The notes below the pieces were generated by a model. The model was not told the origin of the DNA. It saw only the letters and a program-made list of their open reading frames with translations, and made no database searches. Both the position numbers and the translations under genes were made by a program. This document shows positions 1 through 14,238 of a stretch of DNA of 64,000 bases, piece after piece. The number at the start of each line of letters is the position of its first letter. Position 1 is the first letter of the stretch. Location: positions 86,306,001 to 86,370,000 of the forward strand of contig NC_087437.1 of the NCBI RefSeq assembly GCF_036321535.1, read 5' to 3'. The stretch is from Camelus dromedarius. Lineage: Eukaryota.

Positions 1-1789
1 ATTAGCATAATTATATCCAGATGGATTTGTAAGGCAGTAATTTTCTAGTAGCATTTATATTTGAACATACTGCTTTCAAAGCAAGACAAGCATAGAAAGA
101 TTCATAGTAAAAATATCGTGTTGATTAGGTAGTAAATACTACAGAATTGAAAAACAGAACTTCCGAGCTAACAAAACAGAGAAGCCTAGTGATGTTCTAT
201 GATTCTGACCTTTCAAGAGAATCTTCAGAGCTGTGACATAAAGTGAAATTTGGCTGAAGCTTCATCTGCAATGACACATGCTGTCAGACTGGTGTGCAGA
301 ATCAAGTCAGGCAGAGCTAGAGAGTGTTCAGGACCTGCTATTGTGGTTCTCTACTTGCTTCCCATAGCATGAATGGATCCTGCTCTTCCAAAGACAAGAT
401 AGTAATTTCTTCAGGTTTATCTCCTTCTATTGAATGACTGAATCTTCTCAGAGGTCTGCTCTTCTGTTTGCTCATTATTAGAGGGTGGGAAGAGAAAATT
501 AGGTGTTGAAGAGAGTTCTTTGAGGCTTTGTGGTCCTAAATCAACTAGCTTAGGCTCAGGCAAGGGGTGAGCAGAAGAAATTAGATACTATAATTGAATT
601 TTGCAGACGAGCAGTCCAGATATCCGTGGGCAGGAAGGAAGCAGCTCTGTGCAGCAGGGAGCACTGCAGCCTGCCCCCTACTTCAGGTGCCCACCCCCTA
701 CTTCTCCACATCCACCAGCCCTAGCACGGAGCTTGGTCAGGTTCTACTGGAGGGAGGCCCTTCCCACTTACTATCCAATGGACTTTTCAGTGTTATACCT
801 ATTCTGTGCTAGGGTTATATCCATTAAACCACCATTTCCTATCTTTGTGGAGCTATGAAGGCAACCTGAAAGACTCTGAGCAGAGGAAAAGTAAAATGAT
901 CAAATTTGTATTTTAAAAAGAGCTCTCATATTCTTTATATACTCCCGCATTGTTCACTTGTTAAAGCATGTACCAATTTTGTAATTTGAAAAATATCAAG
1001 TAAAGAAAAGGGCTCTCATTAGCAATGCAGAAGAGAACTTAAAGAATAGGCAAGACTGCTAGCTAACAGCAGGGAGGCTGGTTAGGGGAGAAGTGAAGGA
1101 AGGACAAAAGGAGGTAACATCACAGGGAGAACAGGAGTAAAGGGACTCAAATGATATTGAGACAGTAACATCAATAAGACTAACTGTAGGTCACAGAGAA
1201 AAAGGTAAACAGGAGAACTTCCAAATATGGGGCTTGAGCAGATATTTAAGAGGGAGTTATAAGCAGAAAAAGGGGTGGGATATAAAATTTTATATATTAT
1301 ATGAACACTGCATACGTTACATGTTTTATAAAAATAAGCACAGAAAATTCATCAAAATGTCACCAGTAGTTGGCTCTGCAAGATAAGTCAATCATTTTTA
1401 ACCTCTCTTTCCTATGTCTTCTAAATTACTAAGAATATGGACTTTTTGGTAAATTTTATATATTTTTGAAGCACATTCATCTTAAAAAGGAGTTTACCTT
1501 TATTGATAAAAATTCTACAGTTATAAAACTCCCTTGAGAAAAACTGGTCAAATGACACACCATTCTATATTTCATAAACATTATATGATCCATAATTAAT
1601 TCTCATGTCTTTGTGAGATCTCACTGACTATGAAATTATAATGGTGAGCAATCACCCTAATTGTGAGTTTTTTTTTTCTCTATTCTGGAAGTTCAGTAAA
1701 CAAAGAGGTGACAGAACTGAAAGCAGGTATCTTGCTGACAGTTACTTAATTATTCAGTAAACACTGTAGACACTTATGAATTGTATGCC

Positions 1790-2185
1790 TCTGCCTCGGG
1801 GCTTTTCCACATAATCTACACGACTGACTCTCACCTCCAGCATCATCTTCTCAATGAGACCTACAGTGATTAGCCTAATTCTAAGAGTAATATGCCCCTG
1901 TTGCCATCACTACCATGGGATTCCTGATCTTCTTTTAACTGCTTTGTTTTCAATGTACTTATTATCACCTAAGGTACAACATAATTTATTTATTACATTT
2001 ATTGTGTGTCTCACCCCCTAGAGCTCCTGAGGTCATACATGAAGTTTTATTGTTTATGTTCTTGAATGGATCCCTATCAGCAGAACAATGCCTGGCTCAG
2101 AGTGGACGCTCAATAAATATTTCCTGAATTAGCACATGTGTGAATGAATACATGCATGCATGAATAAAGAATAAATTAAATAAAT
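1790..2185 (+). mobile_element. L2 3' end
   Basis: AGAACAATGCCTGGC..AGAGTGGACGCTCAATAAATATTT..GAATGAATA terminus. Confidence 0.75.
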
Positions 2186-3365
2186 GACTACTGGGTTAAA
2201 AAAAAAGCACAGTTATTTTACAAATGAACATCAGTCATTAATACCTTTTACTTTAGAAGTCACTGGTTCTCTGCTTAAATATTTGTAGAGACTAATTTAG
2301 CCTATGGGATTCAACAAAGTTTACTCTTTGTGTACATGTCTCTTAAAGTTTCTTTCAGATTCTTTAAGGTGAAAGTTAGTTTTATTTATATATATATATT
2401 ATATGTATATATGTTATATATATATAACTTCCCTGATTAAATGTATAAAAATGAAACAGTATAAGCTTAACAATAAATGATGCAATAAAGTTTTACTTTT
2501 TGTAATCAGTGCTTCCAAACTGCTTCATTTTTAAATGTTCATTTATTACTGAGGACCACTGAGAAATTCTGCTTACAAGTTTTCATGTAACCACGTGACG
2601 GTTTGGGGTTTTTTTTAAATCATTAGTAATGAATCACAAGAATGAGGGAAAAGGGACAAGAAGGCAAGAGCACTCATTCCACTTACTCCAATTTTAAGAG
2701 TAATTTTAACTATTTTCACTTTACTACGTCTCAAAGTTATAGCACCATCTGCTGTTTACTATGCAGAAATGCTATGCAAGCAGGTAGTGCAAAAGTCCTT
2801 TATCACTTAGCTTTTTTTTTAAAATGTTTAGGTGGCTAGACAAAATGATGCTAAGCATATGAATAAGCTGACAACGACATGGATCACACCTTCAGATTGG
2901 AAATACATAAGTAAAAACTGGGAAATCAATGTGGCATTAGAAGAATAAACCATCTGAATAACTTTCAAACAAGAATACTCTACAAGAAAAAAAGAACAAA
3001 GATGTAACAAGTAAGTTATTAAAAGAGGAAAATAAATTGAAAAACCTTGTAGAACCTTGTTAATAGACCATTTCAAAAATGCAAAATTTGATAAAAAGTA
3101 AATTATCAAATAAAACAACGAATTTATATTTGAAAACCCAGAAGATCTAATTATAAGGCTTCTTCATAATAAAGCCTCACCCTTAATCCCTATGGATAGC
3201 ATCATAATAAGGTCTTGGTATATTAACAACTCCCAGTTAATTACATACATTTATTAAACTAGGGCATGACACTTTTAGCTTATTCAGTATTTTGCAACTT
3301 AAGTAAATTTCTTTATTGACTAATGCTGCTGCCTTTATGTTTACAATGACAACCAACATTACTTA

Positions 3366-3653
<288 letters not shown>

Positions 3654-4819
3654 TTAAATTGATAATTTAACTTCAGAGCTTAAATGACATAAGTGTTATT
3701 TATCATACTTTAGTACTAAATAAAGTGTTTATTATTTGCTTATACAATAAGCATTACATCTAAGCACATTGGTTTGGGGGAAGAGCAGATACTATAAAAT
3801 AAAAATATTCAACTAGAATTTATACTCCTCTCAGATAGGAATTTGTCTGTTTTTTTCTTTTTCTTGTTTGTTTTTATTGCTATAATCCCAGCTCCTAGAA
3901 TAATGCCTATCATATAACAGCTACTTAATAATTATCTGTAGAATGAATAAACAAATGAACTCTTGCCTTTAAGGCTACTGACTCTCCAAGTTACGAACTA
4001 CAAAAATTTCAACCCTTACACCACAGCCATTCCCAGGGACCATTACAACCACCGTGGAGTTATAATTGGAATAAAAAGACTTCTGAGGACAGCTTACAAA
4101 TATAAAGAGTAGATTGTATAATTATTATTATTATATCATTATATTGAATAGAAAAATTATTAATTAAATAAGAGAAAAATTATTATTTTTCTACAGGAAC
4201 ATGTTTTGGATAATCTCATAAATTTATAGTTAAATATTCTTGGACTTCTGCATACGACAGCACAAAGAAGAAAGTACAGGATGTATACGACTGTAACTGC
4301 CAAAGGGGGGTGATGACCATTAAAGATTAAAAAGATCACGTTCAAGACTTGAACCAGGGGCTGGGCCCTGGGCCTTAAAGTGAGGTAGGATTTAGACAGC
4401 CAGAAGAGTGATCTAAGTAACACAAATGGCAAAGGCAAGAAGTACAAACAAACTGAACACTGTACTTTACTTGGAGCAAGCCCTTAAGACTGAATGCAGA
4501 CCTAAGAAGGTTCTGAAGATAGACAATTGGGAGCTACAGAAGGAATTTCGGCAGATCAATAATATAATCAAGGTGACTAAAGTAGTTCTTTATTAAAGTT
4601 CATTGCAAAAGTCTCTAGAATGGACTGAAAATGAGAGAGTGACAGCTACTTTTTGGAGAAGAATGAAAACAGAATAGAAGAGTGGCAAGAGAGAACTCAT
4701 GAAATATTAATAGAACCTGGTGACCTAATGGTTACAGAGAAGAGTTCAAACTTCATGTCTGCCTCTTCCATTCTCTCTTCATTGCTGGCATCCATAATAT
4801 CATTGTATTGAATTTTGTT

Positions 4820-5030
4820 TACAGCTGCATGGTCAATACAGTGACTACATGAGGCTTTTAAATTTTTTATCAATTAAACTTAAAATAAAAAATTCAGTTC
4901 CTCAGCTGTACTAGCTGCATTTCAAGTACAGAAAAGCCACATGTGGCAAGTGGCCCACCCTACTGGACAGAGCCAATACAGAACATGTCCATCACTGCAA
5001 ATAGCTTTATTGAATGACACTAGTTTAGAG
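4820..5030. mobile_element. MER3-like hAT-Charlie MITE
   Basis: AATTCAGTTCCTCAG..ACTAGC..CATTTCAAGT..AGCCACATGTGGC..GTGGC...TACTGGACAG. Confidence 0.75.
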
Positions 5031-5625
5031 GGTCTTATTTCCACATTCAGCAAAACATTTGCTATTACATAGATAAATATGAAAGGCATTTGCTGCTAGG
5101 CTTAGGTACAATGAGAAACAGATTTGCAATGCACCACTCCCTTTCAGCAAGCACCTTAGGGCAATTTACATAGCTCCCTAAAAAGTTAACAGAGGTACAC
5201 ACAAGTCACATTTGTTTTATGCCTTCCTTACCTAGAAAGACAAAAAGGCAAGTTTAGAAGCAATATAAGCAGCCATATATTTCAAAAACAGAAATATACT
5301 AGATATTTAAAAATGTGGATCCAGGCGAGAACTGGTTTCCACCGTTAAAACAGGCAGCTATTTTTGAGTATGAGTTGAGAGATACCCCTGGGAAATTATC
5401 AGCAAAAATAAATCAATTATCATGAGGTAGGAACAAAAGAACTAACACATACAGAACACCTACTCAGAACCAGGCATTTCTTACGCATTAGAATGTAAAG
5501 ATGAATAAAATAGGGTTGCTGACCTCAAGTGAAATACAGTGCAATACAGAGAAACAGAATACTAATGGGCATGGCACAAGAACCTGTATGTTCTGTGAAC
5601 AAGTCTGGAGAGGACAGTGTGAAGG

Positions 5626-5990
5626 TGTTACGGACTGCAGGTTATGTCCCCACCAAAACTCTTATGTTAAAACCCTAATCCCTAGTGTGATGGTATTTGA
5701 AGGTGGGACCTTGAGGTTATTAGGTTTAGGTGAGGTCGCATGGGTGGAGCCCCCATAATGTAATCAGTGCTCTTATAAGAAGGGACACCAGAGAGCTTGT
5801 TCCCACTCTCTTTCCCCCGCCTGAGGACACAAGTGAGAAAGAGGGCTGTCTGTAAACCAGGAAGAGAACCCTCACTAAGCACCAGACCGTACTGGCACCC
5901 TGATCTCAGACTTCCACCCTCCAGAACTATGAGAAACTACTGTTGTGTAAGCCACCAAGTCTACAGTATTTTGTTACAGCAGCCCAAATG
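5626..5990 (+). mobile_element. MLT1A/B-like LTR
   Basis: TGTTACGGACTG...CCCTAATCCCTAGTGTGATGGTATTTG...CCAGAACTATGAGAAA...TTTTGTTACAGCAGCCC. Confidence 0.85.
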
Positions 5991-6829
5991 TAGGGCATTC
6001 AGGAGAAAAAGAGTAAAGAGGAGGGAGGATTGAGTTGCGGTCCTAGAAACGATTCAGAGAGGAAGCGAGATTTTAAATTTTAAAAGAGAAAAAATTATAA
6101 CCAAGAAGGGAGAACATTCCAGGCAGGGAAGCAATGTAAGCACAGATAAAATGGTGGCAATATTCCCTGGAAATCAATTCAGATTAAGTAATTTTTTCAA
6201 GGTTACATGGTAGATGGAGCCAGGACTCAAAAACAGGTTATTAATGACTTTAAAAACCTGTTTCTTCTGATATATGGAATACCTTCCCCAAATTCTCTGT
6301 TCTTTCCTCTGGTTCCTACTCATGATTCTTTGTTTCAAAACCCAAGACTAAATGTTCAGGTTACAACCTTTTCTATAAATCCTTCTCTAATGATTCCTTC
6401 CTTTCAGTATCACCTACACCCTCTATCATAATATTCTATCTGCTTGCTGGTCTTCACAGTAGCATATATCTTCCTAATAGCTATCTATGCATCCCATGCA
6501 TGTCACCATTTATCGAGCACATATTATAAATTAGGCATCATACCAGAGCCAGTACAAAGACGTAAGAGGATTTCAGTAAAGCATGTGTTAAGACAATCCC
6601 TAGAAAATCCAAGGTAAAGTGAAAATACATAATCAATAATTATTTATTGAGTATACGTTATATGCTAAGTACTATGCAAGTTCTAGATATACGAAGATTA
6701 ATAAGATCTACTTTCTAGTCTTATAGAGCTCTTACATAGAGGGGAAAAGGGGAAATATGTACATAAACAAATAACTACAATATAATAAAAATGTGTTAAT
6801 ATCAACAATCCTAGGGACCAATTTACACA

Positions 6830-7560
6830 GAGAATTTTCCCACCCATAATAACAGTTCCTTAGAACTATTTCTATTAGAAAATAGCATTGGATAGTCAGA
6901 GAATCCTGGATTTTTTAGCTGAGCACATGGCCGTTCAGGATAAAGACTGCAATTCCGAGTCTCAAAGGCAGCTAAAGGTGACCATGAGAGCAGATTCTAG
7001 GTAGTGTGCTAGTGGTACACTGCCAAGTGTTTAACTGGCTTTGGGAGCTGTGGAACTCTGATATGTAATGTCCGCCAATTTTGATGGTATAAATACTCCC
7101 ACTATGGCCAATTTCAAACTACCAATGTGAGGCACAGAGTTGGGAGGAGAGGGGCCTAACTGACTCTCACTAACTGATATAAGCTGATAAGAGCAAGGAG
7201 GAGCCAGGTCTGGAAAACCATTGGTTCTAGCCAATGGCATGTGAACTGAAGAGATGTGGTAGCTTCTGGTTCACCCACTCTAAAAAAAGGACAGCCTCGC
7301 TTTGTCCTTTACTTCTTCCTTCCAGCTGAAATGCACTCGTAGTAGTGAGCCACCTTGGACCAGGTAGGCAAGGGAGAACACTAGGAATAGCAAAGCAAAT
7401 AGGAAAAGGAACTTGAGTCCCTGATCATGGAGCTGCTACATCAGCCCTATAATACTTTTGCCTGTACTGATATATGAGAGAGAAATAAACTTCTCCTTTA
7501 TTAAGCTACTGTTATTTTAGGTATCTATTAGTACAACTGAACCTATATCCAACTAATGCA
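6830..7560 (+). mobile_element. ERVL LTR (LTR16/LTR33-like) with nested MER63-like hAT element (~7010-7205)
   Basis: TTTTAGCTGAGCACATGGCC...TTCTAGCCAATGG...GAGAAATAAACTTCT...TTAAGCTACTGTT. The insert contains GGTATAAATACTCCCACTATGGCCAATTTCAAACTACCAATGTGA. Confidence 0.6.
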
Positions 7561-8544
7561 ATCACTCTGACAGCCATGAAGAAGAGAAGTTGACTAAAGG
7601 AAGTGAGGCTCTAGACAGGGAAAGTACTCTTAGATTAGGAAACTATAATAACATTAGGGATGAAACACTAAATCCAGGGTTCGATTTAGAGGATGGCAAT
7701 ACAGTTACAGAGGAAGATTATATCAAAAGAAAGGAGCACATATACAATATTTTTTTTAATTAAAAAAAAAAAAACAGGGAAGAATCAGAAATAAGCTAAA
7801 GAATAGAAGACATGGGAGAAACGTTTGAAGAAGACTGCCTACAACACCTAAGGCATGGCCTGAACTGGGACACCAAAATGAGCAAAACTGCCCTTGGGGA
7901 ATTTACAGTCTAGAAAGGTAGAGAGATACAAAAACAGAAGGACAATTAAGATATAAGTAGATATAGATAAGAGTAGACCAAAACAGAAGACATAGTCAAT
8001 TGTACTGATGGTGGTGGCAAGGGGTGAGGCAGCAGGAGACCAGAAGAGACGTCATAAAGGAGACTGTATGACCAAAATGTCTTTAGAGACAAGTATATAT
8101 TCTGTCTTTAAGGATAAATTGACATTCTTTCTAATGAGACAAGTGGGAACAGCACAAAAAAAATACAAAGATATCAAAACGTTCAGTTTGGAAAACGTCA
8201 CGTAGTTTTATATAACTAGAATTTTTAAAAAAGAAAAAAAGGTAAGAAATCAGTCACTGGAATAGGCTGAAGAGTAAATACTAAATGAAGAACAAAAGCA
8301 GAACCAGAGGGGAGTTCAGAGTTGAAGGCAGCTTTGACTTTTGTTCATGACGTGATACCTTGAACATTTTCTAGACTTGGAAAAAGAAAACTGATGGATA
8401 TATGGAGATGGAATTCGGAAGAGAAAAGCCTGATGTTCTAAGTACATGCAAATAAGTAGATGATCTGATTAGCAGATTCCTAGATCCTGCTCCCTTGAAC
8501 ATGAGACCCTGAAGGAATGAAAGAGAAGACCACTTAGATGAGGG

Positions 8545-8860
8545 ATCAAGGCCTGCAGGCCAACTGGCAAGCCACCTGTTTTTTACACAGCCCTCAAACT
8601 AAGAAGGTGTTTTACGTTTTAAAATAATTACTGGAAAAAATCAAAATAATAATAGTTCATAACACATCAAATTTTAGTATCTATAAATAGAGTTTCACTG
8701 GAACATGGCCATGCTCATTTGTTTACATATTGTCTATGGCTGCTTTCACAGCACTATGTCAGAGTTGTGCAGCTGGAAAGGAGACCGACCATATGTCCCT
8801 CAAAGTCTAAAATATTGACTATCTGGCTCTTTACAGAAGAAGTTTGCAAACCCCAGATTT
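8545..8860. mobile_element. MER58-like hAT-Charlie MITE
   Basis: GCCATGCTCATTTGTTTACATATTGTCTATGGCTGCTTTC...AAAATATTGACTATCTGGCTCTTTACAGAAGAAGTTTGC. Confidence 0.8.
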
Positions 8861-9730
8861 AGATGGTGACAGTGAGTGTTCTATGAGCATATAAGCTAAG
8901 TGACAGCATTAGGGGTACCAAAAAGGCTTTAGAAGAATCCACAGATAGTAATATATAGTTTGTGTCTGATCTTACATAGCAGAATTTGGAATGACAAAAC
9001 ATTTTACTCCAACAGCCAAGTTTTACAAGGTGTTAATTTTCTTTCATAAACAAATACTTTCATAAATAAATACTTCCTGACTATTTGGTATGCATGTTAT
9101 CTTGTTGCAACATCCATTTTCAGGAACAAATAAATGTTAGGTTTTCCTCCAATTCATACCCTTCAGATGTCTGGCTCATGCTACGTCTTCTGGGTACACA
9201 ACAAATTCACTACCATAGTAACTTCTATATTGAAATTACAAAGCATTAAACAGTACACACAGACTGATGGAACTTTAAATAAAAGGAATTAAATATTTTT
9301 TAAAACACTAATAAGATTTAAGACTAAATAAATACATCCAAAGAGATGTAATATAAATAACATAAAACCCTTTAATGTATCTTTAACATAACTGTAAAAA
9401 TTACGTATCATGTTGAAAAAAAATTCAAGAGATGCAAAGAGAGCTGTGCTGGCTAACTACTGTCCTACCTCCCTTTCATTTAGGTGTAGCCTTGTGACTA
9501 AATTCTGGCCAAGAGAACATAAGTAAAAGGTAAATCTTTAAAGGCAGGTACATGTCCTTTTTTTTACTTTTCCTTCCTGTTGGTTAGAAGACAGATGTGA
9601 TCCCTCTTAGCTAATCAAACACCTCAAGGAGCCTCTGCATCTCTGCATTCATTCAAATCTGAAACATAACAGGCTGGTACTCTTAAGCCAGAGTTTATTC
9701 ACCACATTACCCATAACTATACTAAGACTA

Positions 9731-9919
<189 letters not shown>

Positions 9920-10284
9920 TTAAAAATCACTTTCTGAGTCAATTAAATATTGGGGGAAAAATAAAAGCAAATTAATTCATCCAAGCAACACTTAAGGAGA
10001 ATCTACTACATATTAAACAATATGCTGGATTCTAGGGGGTATAATGATGAATAAAATATATATTCAAAAAGCAGAATTTATAAAAAATACCTGTAAAGTG
10101 TCATCCTTTTGTTCTCTAAGCAAAAAAAGGGAAACTTTTTTTTAGATACAATAGATCTACAATAGATAATCAAAAGGATAGATAACCCAAAGGATAGAGA
10201 AGAAATAATGGAGAGAAGGAAGAGAGAAAGAGAGGGAGACGATTCTAGCACATGAGTTATTTATCAAGTCTAAAGACACAACCT

Positions 10285-10446
10285 GGGTGGGGGGCAGAGG
10301 GTATAGCTCAGTGGCAGAGTGTGTGTCTAGCATGCAGGAGGTCCTGGGTTTAATCCCCAGGACCTCCATTAAAAAAAATAAAAAGTAAACAAATAAATAA
10401 ATAAACCTAATTACCTCCCTCCCCCCAAAAAACCAACAACAAAAAA
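10285..10446 (+). mobile_element. tRNA-derived SINE (camelid Vic-1 type)
   Basis: GAGGGTATAGCTCAGTGG (A box) ... GGTTTAATCCCC (B box), then AAATAAACCTAATTACCTCCCC and an A-rich tail. Confidence 0.9.
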
Positions 10447-11174
10447 GACTCAATTAATTTTTTAGTTGATTAAATTCTACGGATTATCACAAATTTGCTT
10501 TTTCTTGTGAAATTACATAAGAAAAGAATGATTGTTAGGTTCTAGACACTACTAGTATACTCAACTGTTTTTAGATATGCAGCATCTTACCAAGTATAAA
10601 TCTTATGTATAGTACAGTAACATGATTATTAACCTAAATGCTAACATATTTTGAAAGAGGGTTCCTAAATTATAAAGCTTAAAATGTTTCTGATGATATA
10701 GCTAAACTTCACAGTAAGAAAAAAAATACAGTCTAGTTCAATTTTATAACTGAAGAAATATAAGCCCAGAGCCCTACAATATAAGACAATGAGTTGGTTA
10801 CAGTCAGAACCAGAACTTAATTCATCTAACTCGTAGGGATTTCTCAAACCCGGGACAGGTTATAAAGGTACAAATCTACTATACCGGTCCTATTATCTTG
10901 GCGATTCAGTTTACCACTAAAGCTCATTTCTGTTCCAGGCTGAACTACTGCATAACATAAGTGGTGAAACCATCCATTAACACCATGGATCTGGGAATAC
11001 AGAGGGAAAGCCACAGCATAACAGGGCCACATTTGTACAAGGTAGAGTCAGGGTTTCCACCAAGTAGTCATTCTTCACTGACAATCAACCCAAGAAGAGG
11101 TAAAAAACAGAACTTAGATGGCAAGAAAGGGTGTTCTTTCATCTGTCTAAGCCTGGCTCTCTTGGATCTGGACT

Positions 11175-11745
11175 TGTTTATTAAACAAATAGTTTATGAC
11201 CACCTTCTCTACACCTATACCAGGGTTCTAGGGTACTTGAGATATACCTGTTTATTAAAAGAACCACAACAATGAAAAACAAAAACTAATAAAGAAACTC
11301 TTTCCTTATTATATTTACAGCTTAGTGGCAGGAGATGAACAATAATAATAAATATAAGAAATCAGCAAATTATAGGTTATATCGAATGTGAGAAGGTGAT
11401 TAAATATTACAGAAAAACAGCAGAGCAGGGTAAGGCAGAGCAAGAGCGGGGATGGGAGGTGGATTGCAGTTTTACATAGGGTGATCAGGACAGGCCTCAC
11501 TGAGGAGGTAAAGTCTGAGCAAGGCCTTGCAGGAGGGAGTCAGTCATGCAAATATCTGGGGCAAAAGAGTACAGCTGGAACAAAGGCACTAAGATGGGGG
11601 CATGCAGGGATGTTCCAGTATCAGCAAGGAAGCTGGTGCGGCAAGACCCAATGAGAAAGGGCAGGGAAGAAGGATGGAAGGTCAGAAACACATCAGAGGC
11701 CAGATCACATAGGGCCTTGTAGGTCACGGTAAGGACCTTGACTTA
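11175..11745 (-). mobile_element. L2 fragment
   Basis: GGGTGATCAGGACAGGCCTCACTGAGGAGGT...GGCCAGATCACATAGGGCCTTGTAGGTCACGGTAAGGAC. Confidence 0.75.
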
Positions 11746-12302
11746 GTGAGTGAAGTTAATTTACTCTTCATGTTAATTACCTTGGTTATCTAGGAGTCTT
11801 GGCCTTTTCTAAATGTTTCAACCATCCCAATCCACCATGAAGAATAAATGGAAGTATGTCTACCCTTGAGTCAGTGGTAAGTCACGATTAGCAGCATCCC
11901 CACACCCATTCCCATTCAGCCACTGGTGGGGTCCAGAGAAATGCCAAAGAGACACACAGCAGACGATTAATTTACAGAGCTGAGGTAGTATGTGAGGTCT
12001 AGGTATCTCTATCCATCTGAAAATTTTACCTGCATTATCAACTTTGAAAAATACGAGCTTACTTCTTAAAGAAGCCACGAGATATGTAGAGTATAACTTT
12101 ATTATTTTATTTGAAGAATTCATAACTACCAAATATCAAAGAACAAGATTCAAGTACAAAATAATTTCCTAAACTAAATATAATAAATGACTATGAAATG
12201 AAGATGGATAATATAGCACTGAAACAATATTTTGGATAATTCAAGTTACTAGATATATAATAAATTAGACAATAACAATTGCTCTTTAATAATTTATTTC
12301 AA

Positions 12303-14238
12303 CGTTCAAAAATCAGTTGCATTTCTTTACACTAACGATGAATCAACAGAAAAAGAAAGTAAAGAAACAATCCCCTTTAAAATAGCACCCAAAGTAATAA
12401 AATATCTGGGAATAAATCTAACCTAGGAGGTGAAAGAATTATACACAGAAAACTATAAATCACTGATGAAGGAAATTAAAGAAGAATTTAAAAAATGGAA
12501 AGATATCCCATGCTCTTGGATTGGAAGAATCAATATTGTTAAAATGGTCACACTGCCCAAGGCAATCTACAGATTTCATGCAATCCCTATCAAATTACCC
12601 AGGACATATTTCACAGAACTAGAACAAATCATAATAAAATTTATATGGAACCATCAAAGACCTAGAATTGCCAAAGCATTACTGAAGAGAAAGAAAGAGG
12701 CTGGAGGAATAACTGTCCCAGACTTCAGGCAATACTATAGAGCTACACTCATCAAGACAGCATGGTATTGGTACAAAAACAGACATATAGACCAATGGAA
12801 CAGAATAGAGAGCCCAGAAATGAACCCACAAACTTCTGATCAACTAATCTTCGACAAAAGAGGCAATAATATACATTGGAATAAAGACAGTCTCTTCAGC
12901 AAATGGTGCTGGGAAAACTGGACAGCAGCATGTAAAACAAAGAAGCTAGAACACTCCCTTACACCATACACAAAAATCAACTCAAAATGGATCAAATAAA
13001 CCTCCTAGAGGAAAATATAGGCAAAACATTATCTGACATACATCTCAAAGTTTTCTCCTAGAAGAAATAAAAGCAAGAATAAACAAATGGGACCTAATGA
13101 AACTTACAAGCTTCTGCACAGCAAAGGAAACCATAAATAAAACAAAAAGACAACCTACGGAATGGGAAAAAATTTTTGCAAATGAAACCGACAAAGGCTT
13201 GATCTCCAGAATATATAAGCAGCTCATATGACTCAATAAGAAGAAAATAAACCCAATCCCAAAATGGGCAGAAGACCTACACAAGCAATTCTCCAAGGAA
13301 GACATACAAATGATCAATAGGCACATGAAAAAATGCTCCATATCACTAATTATCAGAGAAATGCAAATCAAAACTACAATGAGGTATCACCTCACACCAG
13401 TCAGAATGACCATCATTCAAAAGTCCACAAATGACAAATGCTGGAGAGGCTGTGGAGAAAAGGGAACCCTCCTACACTGCTGGTGGGAATGCAGTTTGGT
13501 GCAGCCACTGTGGAAAACGGTATGGAGATTCCTCAAAAGACTAGGAATAGACTTACCATATGACCCTGGAATCCCGCTCCTGGGCTTATATACAGAAGGA
13601 ACCCTACTTCAGGATGACACCTGCACCCCAATGTTCATAGCAGCACTATTTACAATAGCCAAGACATGGAAACAGCCTAAATGTCCATCAACAGATGACT
13701 GGATAGAGATGTGGTATATTTATACAATGGAATACTACTCAGCCATAAAAACCGACGCCATTTGCAGCAACACGGATGCTCCTGGAGAATGTCATTCTAA
13801 GTGAAGTAAGCCAGAAAGAGAAAGAAAAATACCATATAAGATCACTCATATGTGGAATCTAAAAAAAAAACAAAAACAAAAACAAACAAACAAAGCATAA
13901 ATACAGAACAGAAATAGACTCATAGACATAGAATACAGACTTGTGGTTGCCAAGCGGGTGGGGGTGGGAAGAGATAGACTGGGATTTCAAAATTGTAGAA
14001 TAGATAAACAAGATTATACTGTATAGCACAGGGAAATATATACAAGATCTTATGGTAGCTCACAGAGAAAGGAATGTGACAATGAATATATATATATATG
14101 TTCATGTATAATTGAAAAATTGTGCTGTACACTGGAATTTGACATAACATAGTAAGATGATTATAAATCCACAAAAAAAGTTTAAATAAATAAATAAATA
14201 AATAAATAAACAAACAAACCAAGTTAAAAAAATAATAG
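12303..14238 (+). mobile_element. 5'-truncated young LINE-1 (ORF2 C-terminal part + 3' UTR + A-rich tail)
   Basis: ORFs 12430-12999 ([17 protein letters not shown]...) and 13310-13804 (...[18 protein letters not shown]...) are L1 ORF2 fragments. Perfect 16-bp TSD TAATAATTTATTTCAA at 12287-12302 and 14239-14254. Confidence 0.96.
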